The notes under the pieces are model-generated. The model worked only from the letters and a program-made list of their open reading frames with translations, searched no databases and had not been told where the DNA came from. From Bacteroidales bacterium (GTDB lineage Bacteria > Bacteroidota > Bacteroidia > Bacteroidales > UBA1715), in contig JAAYPM010000142.1 in NCBI GenBank assembly GCA_012519815.1, positions 1 through 57,390 on the forward strand: a stretch of DNA of 57,390 bases, read 5' to 3'. Shown piece after piece: positions 9,058 to 17,754 of the stretch; within the stretch, counting starts at the first letter, position 1, and each line of letters starts with the position of its first letter. The position numbers and the translations under genes are program-made.

Positions 9058-10157
9058 TGATAAACGTTACCCAACCATATCTTCCTCCTCTCCAAGAATT
9101 CACTCCCTATTTAGAGCAAATTTGGAAAAATAAATGGCTTACGAATAATGGTCCATTTCATCAACAATTTGAAGCGGCTTTGTGTGAGTATTTGGGAGTG
9201 CCATTTATTTCAGTATTTTCAAATGGAACTCTTGCCTTGCTTACTGCATTGCAAGCGTTAGATATTAAAGGCGAGGTAATTACTACTCCATATAGTTTTG
9301 TAGCTACTGCACATTCACTGTTGTGGAATAATATAACGCCTGTATTTGTAGATGTGGAATTAGAAACAGGAAATATGAATCCTGCAAATATTGAGGCTGC
9401 TATAACAGATAAAACCTCTGCTATTTTACCAGTGCATGTATATGGGAATCCGTGTAATCATTCCGAAATAGAAAAAATTGCAAAAAAACATACTATAAAA
9501 TTAATATACGATGCAGCTCATTGTTTTGGAGTTACAGAAAATGGCGTTTCTATATGTAATTATGGCGACCTTTCAATATTGAGTTTTCATGCTACTAAAG
9601 TATTTAACACCTTTGAAGGCGGTGCAATAATATGCCATAGCAAAGAAATGAAACAACATATTGACGACCTTAAAAATTTTGGTTTTAGAAACGAAACCAC
9701 TGTGATAGCTGCGGGTATTAATGCTAAGATGAATGAAGTGCAGGCAGCATTTGGACTTCTCCAACTTAAATATGTTGACCAAGCTATTGCAAAACGTAAA
9801 GCAATTGCCGAACTCTATACAAAAGAACTTTCAAATATTTCTGGTATTAGATTAATAATTAACAATTCACCATTAACAATTAATAATTATTCTTATTTTC
9901 CTGTTTTTATTAATGCTGAATTATACGGAACATCTCGCGACCAACTGTACGAAGAATTAAAACAACACGGAATAAATACTCGCCGATATTTTTATCCCTT
10001 AATTTCAGATTTTCCTATGTACACACATATACCTTCTGCCCAAGCTGATAAGTTGCCAATAGCACAATTATTAGCTAACGAAGTTTTATGTTTGCCAATA
10101 TATGCTGATTTAGAAGAAGCTGATGTGTTGAAAATTATATCTTTGTTGAAAAAATGA
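9057..10157 (+). CDS. vioA: DegT/DnrJ/EryC1/StrS sugar aminotransferase (VioA-like dTDP-4-amino-4,6-dideoxyglucose transaminase)
   Basis: WLTNNGP, YDAAHCFG, SFHATKVFNTFEGG (PLP lysine), RRYFYP. Confidence 0.85.
   Translation: MINVTQPYLPPLQEFTPYLEQIWKNKWLTNNGPFHQQFEAALCEYLGVPFISVFSNGTLALLTALQALDIKGEVITTPYSFVATAHSLLWNNITPVFVDVELETGNMNPANIEAAITDKTSAILPVHVYGNPCNHSEIEKIAKKHTIKLIYDAAHCFGVTENGVSICNYGDLSILSFHATKVFNTFEGGAIICHSKEMKQHIDDLKNFGFRNETTVIAAGINAKMNEVQAAFGLLQLKYVDQAIAKRKAIAELYTKELSNISGIRLIINNSPLTINNYSYFPVFINAELYGTSRDQLYEELKQHGINTRRYFYPLISDFPMYTHIPSAQADKLPIAQLLANEVLCLPIYADLEEADVLKIISLLKK
9851..9892. repeat. Heptamer array inside the aminotransferase CDS (ATTAATA ATTAACA ATTCACC ATTAACA ATTAATA ATTATTC)
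   Basis: Six 7-bp units, in frame, encoding LIINNSPLTINNYS. Confidence 0.85.
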
Positions 10158-10161
10158 TATT

Positions 10162-10884
10162 ATGAAAATTGCTGTTGTTTCTGATAATATATATATGGCT
10201 CATGCTTTTAAGAATATTCTTGCAAAGCAAATGCCTCATGTTTCAGCACATTATTTTTGTAGTACATTTTCAAATCCAAAAGAATTTAATATTCAAAATG
10301 TTCAAAGTATTGATATTAAAAAATACTACACTAATTTAATTGAAAAGTTTAATCTTATTTTTTCAATACATTGTAAACAAATTTTTCCTAAAGAATTAGT
10401 AGAGCGTGTACGTTGTATAAATGTACATCCTGGATATAACCCAATAAATAGAGGTTGGTATCCCCAAGTATTTTCAATAATTAATAATCTTGAAACAGGA
10501 GCTACTATTCACGAAATGGATGCGGAATTAGACCATGGAAATATAATTGCAAGAAAAAAAATCGCAATAAAATCATGGGACACTTCATTATCATTGTACA
10601 ATAAAATTGTAGAAACAGAATTAGAATTGCTCGAAAAACATATTATATCTATTGTTGAAAAAACATACACAACAATTACTCCCGAAAGCGAAGGGAATGT
10701 GTATCTTAAAAAAGACTTTAACGCATTACTCCATATAGATTTACAAAAAAAGGCTTCGTATAAGCAGGTAATAAATCATTTGCGTGCATTAACACACGGG
10801 GAATTTAAAAATGCGTATTTTGTTGATTCCGAGACAAATAAAAAAGTATTTGTGAAAGTAATATTAGAAGTTGAACATGAATAA
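10162..10884 (+). CDS. dTDP-4-amino-4,6-dideoxyglucose N-formyltransferase (VioF/WbtJ-like)
   Basis: FSIHCKQIFP, INVHPGYNPINRGWYPQVFSI, GATIHEMD..LDHG; follows the VioA-like gene. Confidence 0.88.
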   Translation: MKIAVVSDNIYMAHAFKNILAKQMPHVSAHYFCSTFSNPKEFNIQNVQSIDIKKYYTNLIEKFNLIFSIHCKQIFPKELVERVRCINVHPGYNPINRGWYPQVFSIINNLETGATIHEMDAELDHGNIIARKKIAIKSWDTSLSLYNKIVETELELLEKHIISIVEKTYTTITPESEGNVYLKKDFNALLHIDLQKKASYKQVINHLRALTHGEFKNAYFVDSETNKKVFVKVILEVEHE

Positions 10885-11755
10885 ACCACTTGTTTCGATT
10901 TTTTGTGTTTCATATAATCACGAACAATTTATTGCTCAGGCATTAGATGGTTTTGTGATGCAAAAAACTAATTTCGACTATGAAAAAGTAATTAGCGACG
11001 ATTGCAGTACCGATAATACAAAAAGTATAATTAATGAGTATATAAAAAAATACCCTAAACTTTTTAAAGATGTAAGTCCACGTAAAAACCTTGGAATGCA
11101 GAAAAACTGGTTACATACTCTTAATGCATGTACTGGAAAATATATAGCTCTCTGCGAAGGTGATGATTATTGGACAGATGCGAATAAATTGCAAAAGCAA
11201 GTTGATTTTATGGAGGCGAACGATGAGTATGTAATGTGTTTTCATAAAACCGAAGTGAGTGATTTACTTTCAACTGATTCAAAGTATAAGTTTGTAGGCT
11301 GGTGTTTAGATGAAGACAGAGATTTTACAATTAAAGAGTATTTTAATTGGAATTTTTGTGCTACTACTTCTATTGTATTTAAATCAGCATATTTATTTCC
11401 TTTACCTCAAGATTTTGTAGAGTATCCAGTTGGAGATTATTTAGTTGGTTTTATTTTATTTATTCGTAGTCAAAAAAAAGCAAGGTATTTCCACCAAAAT
11501 ATGGCTGTATATCATAATCATAGTGGTGGACATGGAAAAGGAAATGCTATTGAAATATATTATAAATCTATGATAGATTTTTATAAAAAATTGCAAAAAA
11601 ATGTATTGCAAGGTAATTATTTAAAAGAAAGCACAGAACAATTAATAAGTTTTAATAGAAAATTATATAAAGAAAATATTCAACAACATAAATACTTTCA
11701 AGCCAGTATATATTTTTTAAAATATCTCATATTTCGGTTTAAATTAAAATTCTAA
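10877..11755 (+). CDS. Glycosyltransferase family 2
   Basis: PLVSI...YNHE, DDCSTD, GKYIALCEGDDYW. Confidence 0.92.
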   Translation: MNKPLVSIFCVSYNHEQFIAQALDGFVMQKTNFDYEKVISDDCSTDNTKSIINEYIKKYPKLFKDVSPRKNLGMQKNWLHTLNACTGKYIALCEGDDYWTDANKLQKQVDFMEANDEYVMCFHKTEVSDLLSTDSKYKFVGWCLDEDRDFTIKEYFNWNFCATTSIVFKSAYLFPLPQDFVEYPVGDYLVGFILFIRSQKKARYFHQNMAVYHNHSGGHGKGNAIEIYYKSMIDFYKKLQKNVLQGNYLKESTEQLISFNRKLYKENIQQHKYFQASIYFLKYLIFRFKLKF

Positions 11756-11760
11756 ATAAC

Positions 11761-12702
11761 ATGTTTAAAACACCTATTTTATTTATTATTTTCAACCGAC
11801 TCCAAACCACAAAACAAGTCTTTGAAAAAATTCGTGAAGCAAAACCTACTCAACTATTTATTGCTGCCGATGGACCTCGTGAAGGGAATGAATCAGATGT
11901 GCAAAAATGCAAAGAAGTACGTGATTGGGTATTGTCTAATATTGATTGGGAATGTGATGTAAAAACATTATTTCAAGAAAAAAATCTTGGCTGTGGTCGA
12001 AATCCGGCAAGTGCTATAACTTGGTTTTTTGAACAAGTGGAAATGGGAATTATCCTTGAAGATGATACTGTGCCTTCTATTACATTTTTCTCTTTTTGCG
12101 AAAAATTATTGTTGCGATATAAAAATGATAATCGGTTTTTTGTAATTGCCGGGGTTAACTATCAACCAAAACCAGTTAATATGTATTCATATTATTATAC
12201 TGCAATGGGACATTGTGGTGCTTGGGCATCATGGAGTCGTGCATGGAGCCATTTTAAATATGAAATGTATTCGTATGATGATGTGAAAATGGCACATAGT
12301 ATTAAATATTATTTTAAAACAAAACAACAATTTAATTATTGGTATAATATATATCTTAACATGAAACAAAATCCCGTTTCTGATATATGGGATTATCAAT
12401 GGACGTTATGTCAATGGTATAATAAAGCTATTAATATATTACCTAATAGTAATATGATTAATAATGTTGGATATGGTGAAGATTCAACCCATATAAAATA
12501 TAAAATTGATGGAATTTTTGATGTGCCTACTCAAGATATTTATAACATAATTCATCCCAAACAAATAAAAATTAATCGTAAAGCAGACCTTTATACTTTT
12601 TACAAAAATTTTGAACGAAAGAAAAAAAATATATTTTGGTATAAAGTACGTGATAAAATAAAATATGAATTACGGAAAGCAAAACAATTTGTAAGGTTAT
12701 GA
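11761..12702 (+). CDS. Nucleotide-diphospho-sugar transferase (GT-A fold)
   Basis: TPILFIIFNR, AADGPR, NLGCG, GIILEDD, WDYQW. Confidence 0.85.
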   Translation: MFKTPILFIIFNRLQTTKQVFEKIREAKPTQLFIAADGPREGNESDVQKCKEVRDWVLSNIDWECDVKTLFQEKNLGCGRNPASAITWFFEQVEMGIILEDDTVPSITFFSFCEKLLLRYKNDNRFFVIAGVNYQPKPVNMYSYYYTAMGHCGAWASWSRAWSHFKYEMYSYDDVKMAHSIKYYFKTKQQFNYWYNIYLNMKQNPVSDIWDYQWTLCQWYNKAINILPNSNMINNVGYGEDSTHIKYKIDGIFDVPTQDIYNIIHPKQIKINRKADLYTFYKNFERKKKNIFWYKVRDKIKYELRKAKQFVRL

Positions 12703-14033
12703 GGTTATTCGCAAGCATACGAAAATATATGTTCATCTTTCGTGCAATTATTTTTGCCTATTACACGAGATATAAACTATTGCATACACGATATTATAAA
12801 CAAAAACATATACAAACTCAAAAATCAATTGTATATATAAACACTTCAAATACGCAAGGAGGTGCCGCTCGTATAGCTTATGATTTACATATGTTTCAAT
12901 TATCCTTAAGCAATCAATCACAGATGCTTGTTTCCAACAAACAAGGAACTGAAGCTGAAATATATGAACTGAAGCAAGATGCTTCAAAAAAGCAACAATT
13001 ACTGTACGAAGCTCAAAAATGGTTACAATGGCAAGATTTTTTTCATCTTGCAAGTTTACAACTATATAAACATCCTGCTATTCAGCAAGCGTCAATTGTA
13101 CATGCACACAACCTTCATTCTTGGAATGGCTTTTTTTCACCTTTTGCATTACCAGAATTATGCTCACGTAAACAAGTTATATGGACTTTACATGACATGC
13201 ATGCAGTAACGGGACATTGTGCATCTTCCTTTAAATGTGAAAAGTGGAAAATCGGTTGTGGCAATTGTCCGCAACTTGAAACATATCCAAAACTCACAAA
13301 AGATACAACTTCATTTATTTGGAAAACGAAAAAGAATATCTATAAAAGATGTGATATGCATATTGTTGTTCCAAGTAAATGGTTACAAGATATTGTTTCT
13401 CAGAGTATTTTATCGCATTTACCGTGTACGCTTATTTATAATGGCATAGATACAAGTATATATAAACCCTATAACAAACAAGAAGTACGTACAAAATTTG
13501 AATTGCCTTCAGGAAAAACAATAATATTATTTTCTGCAGATTTAGGTATTGCAAATCCGTTTAAAGGAGGAGAATATATTCAACAACTAATAGAAAGATA
13601 TAAAACTATCCCGGAAATACTTTTTGTGAATATTGGAGGCGGAACAAGTATTGAAAAATCAGATTTAATATGGAATGTGCCCTATATACAAGATCAAACA
13701 GAAATGGCTGAGTGGTATTCTGCTGCTGATATGTATGTATATCCAAGCTTAGCCGATAATTGCCCATTAGTTGTTTTAGAGGCAATGGCATGTGGCTTAC
13801 CTATAGTAACTTTTAACACTGGTGGAATACCAGAATTAGTTCTTCATAACCAAACGGGATATGTTGCTAATTATAAAGATTTCGACGACCTTTGTAAGGG
13901 TTTTAATTTTATTCGCAATAATATTGAAATTCGAAAAAGTATGGTAGAAAAATCTATTGAACGAGTTCAGAAATGTTTTACGTTAGATATAATGAATGAA
14001 CAGTATTATAATCTGTATAAAAAGTTAGTGTAA
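12699..14033 (+). CDS. Glycosyltransferase family 4 (WcaC-like)
   Basis: GGAAR, WTLHDM..TGHC, DNCPLVVLEAMACG. Confidence 0.9.
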   Translation: MRLFASIRKYMFIFRAIIFAYYTRYKLLHTRYYKQKHIQTQKSIVYINTSNTQGGAARIAYDLHMFQLSLSNQSQMLVSNKQGTEAEIYELKQDASKKQQLLYEAQKWLQWQDFFHLASLQLYKHPAIQQASIVHAHNLHSWNGFFSPFALPELCSRKQVIWTLHDMHAVTGHCASSFKCEKWKIGCGNCPQLETYPKLTKDTTSFIWKTKKNIYKRCDMHIVVPSKWLQDIVSQSILSHLPCTLIYNGIDTSIYKPYNKQEVRTKFELPSGKTIILFSADLGIANPFKGGEYIQQLIERYKTIPEILFVNIGGGTSIEKSDLIWNVPYIQDQTEMAEWYSAADMYVYPSLADNCPLVVLEAMACGLPIVTFNTGGIPELVLHNQTGYVANYKDFDDLCKGFNFIRNNIEIRKSMVEKSIERVQKCFTLDIMNEQYYNLYKKLV

Positions 14034-14040
14034 ATTATAT

Positions 14041-14853
14041 ATGCCAAAACTCTCAATCATAACTATTAACCGCAATAACAAACAAGGTTTATTGCAGACG
14101 GTTTTAAGTGTACGTAAACAAACGTTTACCGATTTTGAATATATTGTAATAGATGGAGCGTCTACCGATGGGAGTGTTGAGGTAATTGATGAGCATAAAA
14201 CGTTGTTTTCTTATAGTATAAGCGAACCCGATACCGGCGTGTATCAAGCCATGAACAAAGGGATTTTAAAAGCTACAGGTGTATATTGTTTGTTTCTTAA
14301 TTCCGGCGATTATTTGTATGATTCAACAACGCTTCAACAAATATTTTCGCATAACCCAACACAGGATATCATATACGGCGATTCTATAAATGGAGATATT
14401 TATTGTAGCTACCCCAAACGGTTAACTCCGTTATATTTATTTAGAAAACCAATTTTGCATCAAGCAAGTTTTATAAAAAGAGAATTATTCGAAAAATATG
14501 GTTTGTATAATGAATCGTACAAGATAGTTTCTGATTGGGAATTTTTCTTGAAAACATTGTACAAAGCTCAAGTTTCATATCTATATATTCCCAACATCCC
14601 CATTGTAGACTTTGATATGGGGCGCATAAATAATACACAGCAACAATTGCTACAAGATGAAAAAGAACAGATGCTTCGTAGTATTTTTGCCGAACACTAT
14701 GATGAATATAAACGCTATGATGCTATGTGGGCTGAATTGCAAGAGGCTCAACAAACAATAAAACAAATAGGACATATTCAGAATTCGTGGGAGTATAGAA
14801 TTGGAAGGGTGTTGTTGTGGCCTGTACGGAAAATTCAAAAAATGTTAGACTAA
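14041..14853 (+). CDS. Glycosyltransferase family 2 (WcaE-like)
   Basis: SIITIN, IDGASTDGS, AMNKG, FLNSGD, HQASF. Confidence 0.92.
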   Translation: MPKLSIITINRNNKQGLLQTVLSVRKQTFTDFEYIVIDGASTDGSVEVIDEHKTLFSYSISEPDTGVYQAMNKGILKATGVYCLFLNSGDYLYDSTTLQQIFSHNPTQDIIYGDSINGDIYCSYPKRLTPLYLFRKPILHQASFIKRELFEKYGLYNESYKIVSDWEFFLKTLYKAQVSYLYIPNIPIVDFDMGRINNTQQQLLQDEKEQMLRSIFAEHYDEYKRYDAMWAELQEAQQTIKQIGHIQNSWEYRIGRVLLWPVRKIQKMLD

Positions 14854-15054
14854 AGTCAAGAGGGTATTATATTACTAATCCGTCAGCTAAAGCAGACGGT
14901 AAGCTAAAAGAAATTAGTAATTGCTCTCTGCTTAAGAAGTATGAAGAATAGGGGTATTAAAAAATAGGTTTAACCGTAAGTAGAAAAAAAGAATTTACCG
15001 TCTGCTTCAGCTGACGGATATTAGGATTAGATTAAAAACTGGCTTTAGCCACAA
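14845..15054. repeat. REP/REPIN-like module A, left of tnpA
   Basis: GACTAAAGTC 14848-14857; REP TCCGTCAGCTAAAGCAGACGGTAA 14879-14902; inverted REP 14995-15018; GGCTTTAGCC 15041-15050. Confidence 0.9.
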
Positions 15055-15065
15055 ATATATTTACC

Positions 15066-15497
15066 ATGTCGCATGTAAAATTTTGGGTTCATTTAGTTTT
15101 TACAACAAAAAACAGAGAACCTTTTTTAACAAAAGAGATTAGAAAAGAGGTTTATAAACATATTAAGAAAAATTGTAAAGAAAAAGGAATATTTCTTACA
15201 TCAATTAATGGGTATTCTGAACATGTTCATTGTTTACTATCACTGAATAAAGATCAAACAATTTCGCAAACTGTACAGCTTATTAAGGGAGAATCATCGT
15301 TTTGGATAAATAAGCAAAAAATTATACCTTTTAAATTTTCATGGCAAGATGATTATTTTGCTGTATCAATAAGTGAATCACAAGTGCAATCGGTAATTAA
15401 TTATATTCAAAATCAAGAAGAGCATCATGCGAAAAAATCATTTAGTGATGAGGTGAATGAGTTTATGAAGAAATATGGGTTTGAAAAGATTATTTAG
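15066..15497 (+). CDS. tnpA: IS200/IS605-family Y1 HUH transposase (REP-associated type)
   Basis: HLVFTTKNR, HVH (HUH motif), WQDDYF, YIQNQEEHH catalytic Tyr; 143 aa. Confidence 0.95.
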   Translation: MSHVKFWVHLVFTTKNREPFLTKEIRKEVYKHIKKNCKEKGIFLTSINGYSEHVHCLLSLNKDQTISQTVQLIKGESSFWINKQKIIPFKFSWQDDYFAVSISESQVQSVINYIQNQEEHHAKKSFSDEVNEFMKKYGFEKII

Positions 15498-15706
15498 GCT
15501 AAAGCCAAGAGGTTATAGAATTACAAGTCCGTCAGCTGAAGCAGACGGTAAGTTATATGGAGAGACAGAAGAAATTAGTAATTGCCCTATGTTTAATGAG
15601 GATGAAGATTATTATAAAAGTTGGTTTAACCGCAGGAATAAAAGAATTTACCGTCTGCTTCAGCTGACGGAACGCATAGTTGAGTAAAGTCTGGCTTTAG
15701 CCACAA
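15494..15706. repeat. REP/REPIN-like module B, right of tnpA
   Basis: GGCTAAAGCC 15497-15506; REP 15528-15551; inverted REP 15648-15671; GGCTTTAGCC 15693-15702; partial GGCTAAAG at 15721. Confidence 0.9.
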
Positions 15707-15766
15707 TAAAAAAAGGGTTAGGCTAAAGTAGGCGGTAAAAGACTATTTTAGTTCACAAGTCTATTT

Positions 15767-15798
15767 ATTTACAATCAATACTATTGTTGATTGTAAAT
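15767..15798. terminator. Inverted repeat / possible hairpin
   Basis: ATTTACAATCAA-8 nt-TTGATTGTAAAT, a perfect 12-bp AT-rich stem with no clear U-tract. Confidence 0.4.
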
Positions 15799-15832
15799 TA
15801 GTACAAACAATTTATAAAGAAAATTTTTATTT

Positions 15833-16825
15833 ATGCAAAAATCAGTTTCAATACTCGTATGCTTCTACAATGCAGAACATAAATTGCCTAAAACAATAGA
15901 GCATATTAAAAAACTTGATATTTCAAACATAACAGAGTGTGAACTTATTTTAGTAAACAATAATTCCAATGATGATTCATGTACTATTATACAAAATGAA
16001 ATGAAAGGATTTAATTTATTTCCTTGGAAGATAGTTGACGAACCAAATCCTGGATTAAGTAATGCGAGATTACGTGGGATTACTGAATCACAGCATGAGT
16101 ATCTTTTGTTTTGTGATGATGACAATTGGTTAGCATCAGATTATATTCAAAATGCAATTTCAATACTTACGTCAAATTCAAATATTGCAGTTCTTGGCGG
16201 GTATGGCGAAGCAGTATCAGACATCGAATTTCCGGAATGGTTTAATAAAAATAAAAATTTTTATGCTGTAGGGGAACAATTTCCATATAACGGAAAAGTA
16301 TTCGGAGTACGAAATGTAGTATATGGTGCCGGTATGATTGTTCGACGTGAAGCATGGGAGTATATTATTTTAAAAGGATTTACTTTTTACACGTTAGGAA
16401 GAACAGGAAAATCTTTATCATCGGGCGAAGATAGTGAGATGTGTCTCGCATTTCAAATTGCAGGCTTTGATATATGGTATGATGATTCATTACGATTTAA
16501 GCATTATATTGAACCTAAACGATTAACTGAAAACTATTTCAAAAAATTACAAAAAGGAATGAGTTCATCGGGTTATGTTACTCAGTTTTATCGAAGATAT
16601 TTATTTGGATATAAACCACAGGTTACAAAATATTTTTGGCTCAAAGAATTCCTGTATTCTGTAAAAGATTTGGTAAAAGGAGTTTTTGTTAACCCAACAA
16701 AATCTGGAATTAAACGAAATATGGATTTTTCATTGTATCTACTTCGGGAACGAGGACGGTATAATGAGAATGTGAAGAAAGTGTTAGGGATTTGTGATGG
16801 TTTAAGTGACCGAGTATCCAAGTGA
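15833..16825 (+). CDS. Glycosyltransferase family 2
   Basis: VSILVCFYNA, EPNPGLSNAR, LLFCDDDN, SGEDSE. Confidence 0.92.
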   Translation: MQKSVSILVCFYNAEHKLPKTIEHIKKLDISNITECELILVNNNSNDDSCTIIQNEMKGFNLFPWKIVDEPNPGLSNARLRGITESQHEYLLFCDDDNWLASDYIQNAISILTSNSNIAVLGGYGEAVSDIEFPEWFNKNKNFYAVGEQFPYNGKVFGVRNVVYGAGMIVRREAWEYIILKGFTFYTLGRTGKSLSSGEDSEMCLAFQIAGFDIWYDDSLRFKHYIEPKRLTENYFKKLQKGMSSSGYVTQFYRRYLFGYKPQVTKYFWLKEFLYSVKDLVKGVFVNPTKSGIKRNMDFSLYLLRERGRYNENVKKVLGICDGLSDRVSK

Positions 16826-16898
16826 CCAAGTGACCAAGTGACCAAGTGACCGAGTAACTGAGTGACTGAGTGACCAAGTGGACGAGTGACTGAGTTTA
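16803..16898. repeat. Octamer tandem array, consensus YRAGTGAC, 12 units
   Basis: TAAGTGAC CGAGTATC CAAGTGACx4 CGAGTAAC TGAGTGACx2 CAAGTGGA CGAGTGAC TGAGTTTA. Confidence 0.95.
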
Positions 16899-17663
16899 TT
16901 TTTGTATGCAAACAAAAAACACAGAGCTTGAAAAGCGTTTATTTTTCTGTATTTTAAATAATTGTCGATATTCCGGATAGGGGTAAATGCAAGGTTTAAT
17001 AATAGTTTGAATTTCAAATTCTTTTTCGATGTGTGTTTTCCATTTTTTAGTGGAATAATTACATATATCTGCAATTACTGTTTTTTTGTTAGGATACGAA
17101 TGTGAACGTGGCACAAAAATTTCCCACCAAAATGTTTTGCCGGTATTAATAAAAGGAGAAAATAAAGTATTTACTATTTTCTGGTGAGTAGTAAATACTA
17201 ATTGCGTTATCCAGTTAATCCACGCCATGGTTGCTGTAGGAACTCCAATAATAATAATGCCATCTGCTTTGCATACTCGCTTTATTTCAAGTAGAGATTG
17301 TTGCATATTTGTTACATGTTCAAGCACATGCGATGAATATACTGTATTAAATTGATTGTTTTCGTATGGTAACTGTTCCGAAAAGCCTTGAGCAATATTT
17401 TCTACCGGCACGGTGTATTCGGATTTACGTCGTCCTACTCCATGTCCCTGCGGGTCGGGATCTATGCCATACACTTCGCATCCAATTCGTTGAGCTTTAA
17501 ACATACTATATCCTGCACCGCATCCTACATCAAGAAAAGTTCCTTGTTTAATATATGGTTCTATGGCTTCCCATTCGCAATCGCGTGCACGTTTTTGATG
17601 TGCATTTGTTTGCTCGGGAGAGAGTAATGGATAATAGTATAATTTGAGTAAGAATTTTTTCAT
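16896..17663 (-). CDS. Class I SAM-dependent methyltransferase
   Basis: FLDVGCGAG, SSHVLEHV; ATG at 17663 preferred over the track start at 17708. Confidence 0.9.
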   Translation of the reverse strand: MKKFLLKLYYYPLLSPEQTNAHQKRARDCEWEAIEPYIKQGTFLDVGCGAGYSMFKAQRIGCEVYGIDPDPQGHGVGRRKSEYTVPVENIAQGFSEQLPYENNQFNTVYSSHVLEHVTNMQQSLLEIKRVCKADGIIIIGVPTATMAWINWITQLVFTTHQKIVNTLFSPFINTGKTFWWEIFVPRSHSYPNKKTVIADICNYSTKKWKTHIEKEFEIQTIIKPCIYPYPEYRQLFKIQKNKRFSSSVFFVCIQK

Positions 17664-17667
17664 GGTA

Positions 17668-17675
17668 CAAAAATA
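17668..17675 (-). promoter_or_regulatory. -7 promoter element TATTTTTG
   Basis: TAnnTTTG 4 nt upstream of the methyltransferase ATG, implying a near-leaderless transcript. Confidence 0.4.
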
Positions 17676-17687
17676 TGAATTGTTTAC

Positions 17688-17754
17688 CACAGATTCTCGA
17701 ATTTTCACAGATTATTAATTAATTTTTATCTGTGTTAATCCGTGTAATCTTTAG
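17688..17754. repeat. Nonamer-period inverted repeat (CACAGATT.../...ATCTGTGTT AATCCGTGT AATCT)
   Basis: CACAGAT at 17688 and 17706; complementary ATCTGTG at 17728; 9-bp periodicity in the right arm. Confidence 0.75.

Larger units (their letters stand above)
14845..15730 (+). mobile_element. REPtron-like element: Y1 TnpA flanked by two REPIN-like modules
   Basis: TnpA between two directly repeated palindromic modules of about 205 bp, inserted within a glycosyltransferase run. Confidence 0.8.

Noticed and set aside
15475-15687. 70-aa ORF after tnpA as a tnpB remnant or accessory gene
   Set aside because: It lies almost wholly within REP module B and has no RuvC or zinc-finger motifs
15731-15738. 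ops-like GGCGGTAA upstream of a GT
   Set aside because: Mismatch to GGCGGTAG, overlaps the REP remnant region, and no RfaH/UpxY gene in the window
16588-16911. 107-aa minus-strand ORF with LGHLVTWS repeats
   Set aside because: It is a translation of the octamer array, antisense to a real GT gene
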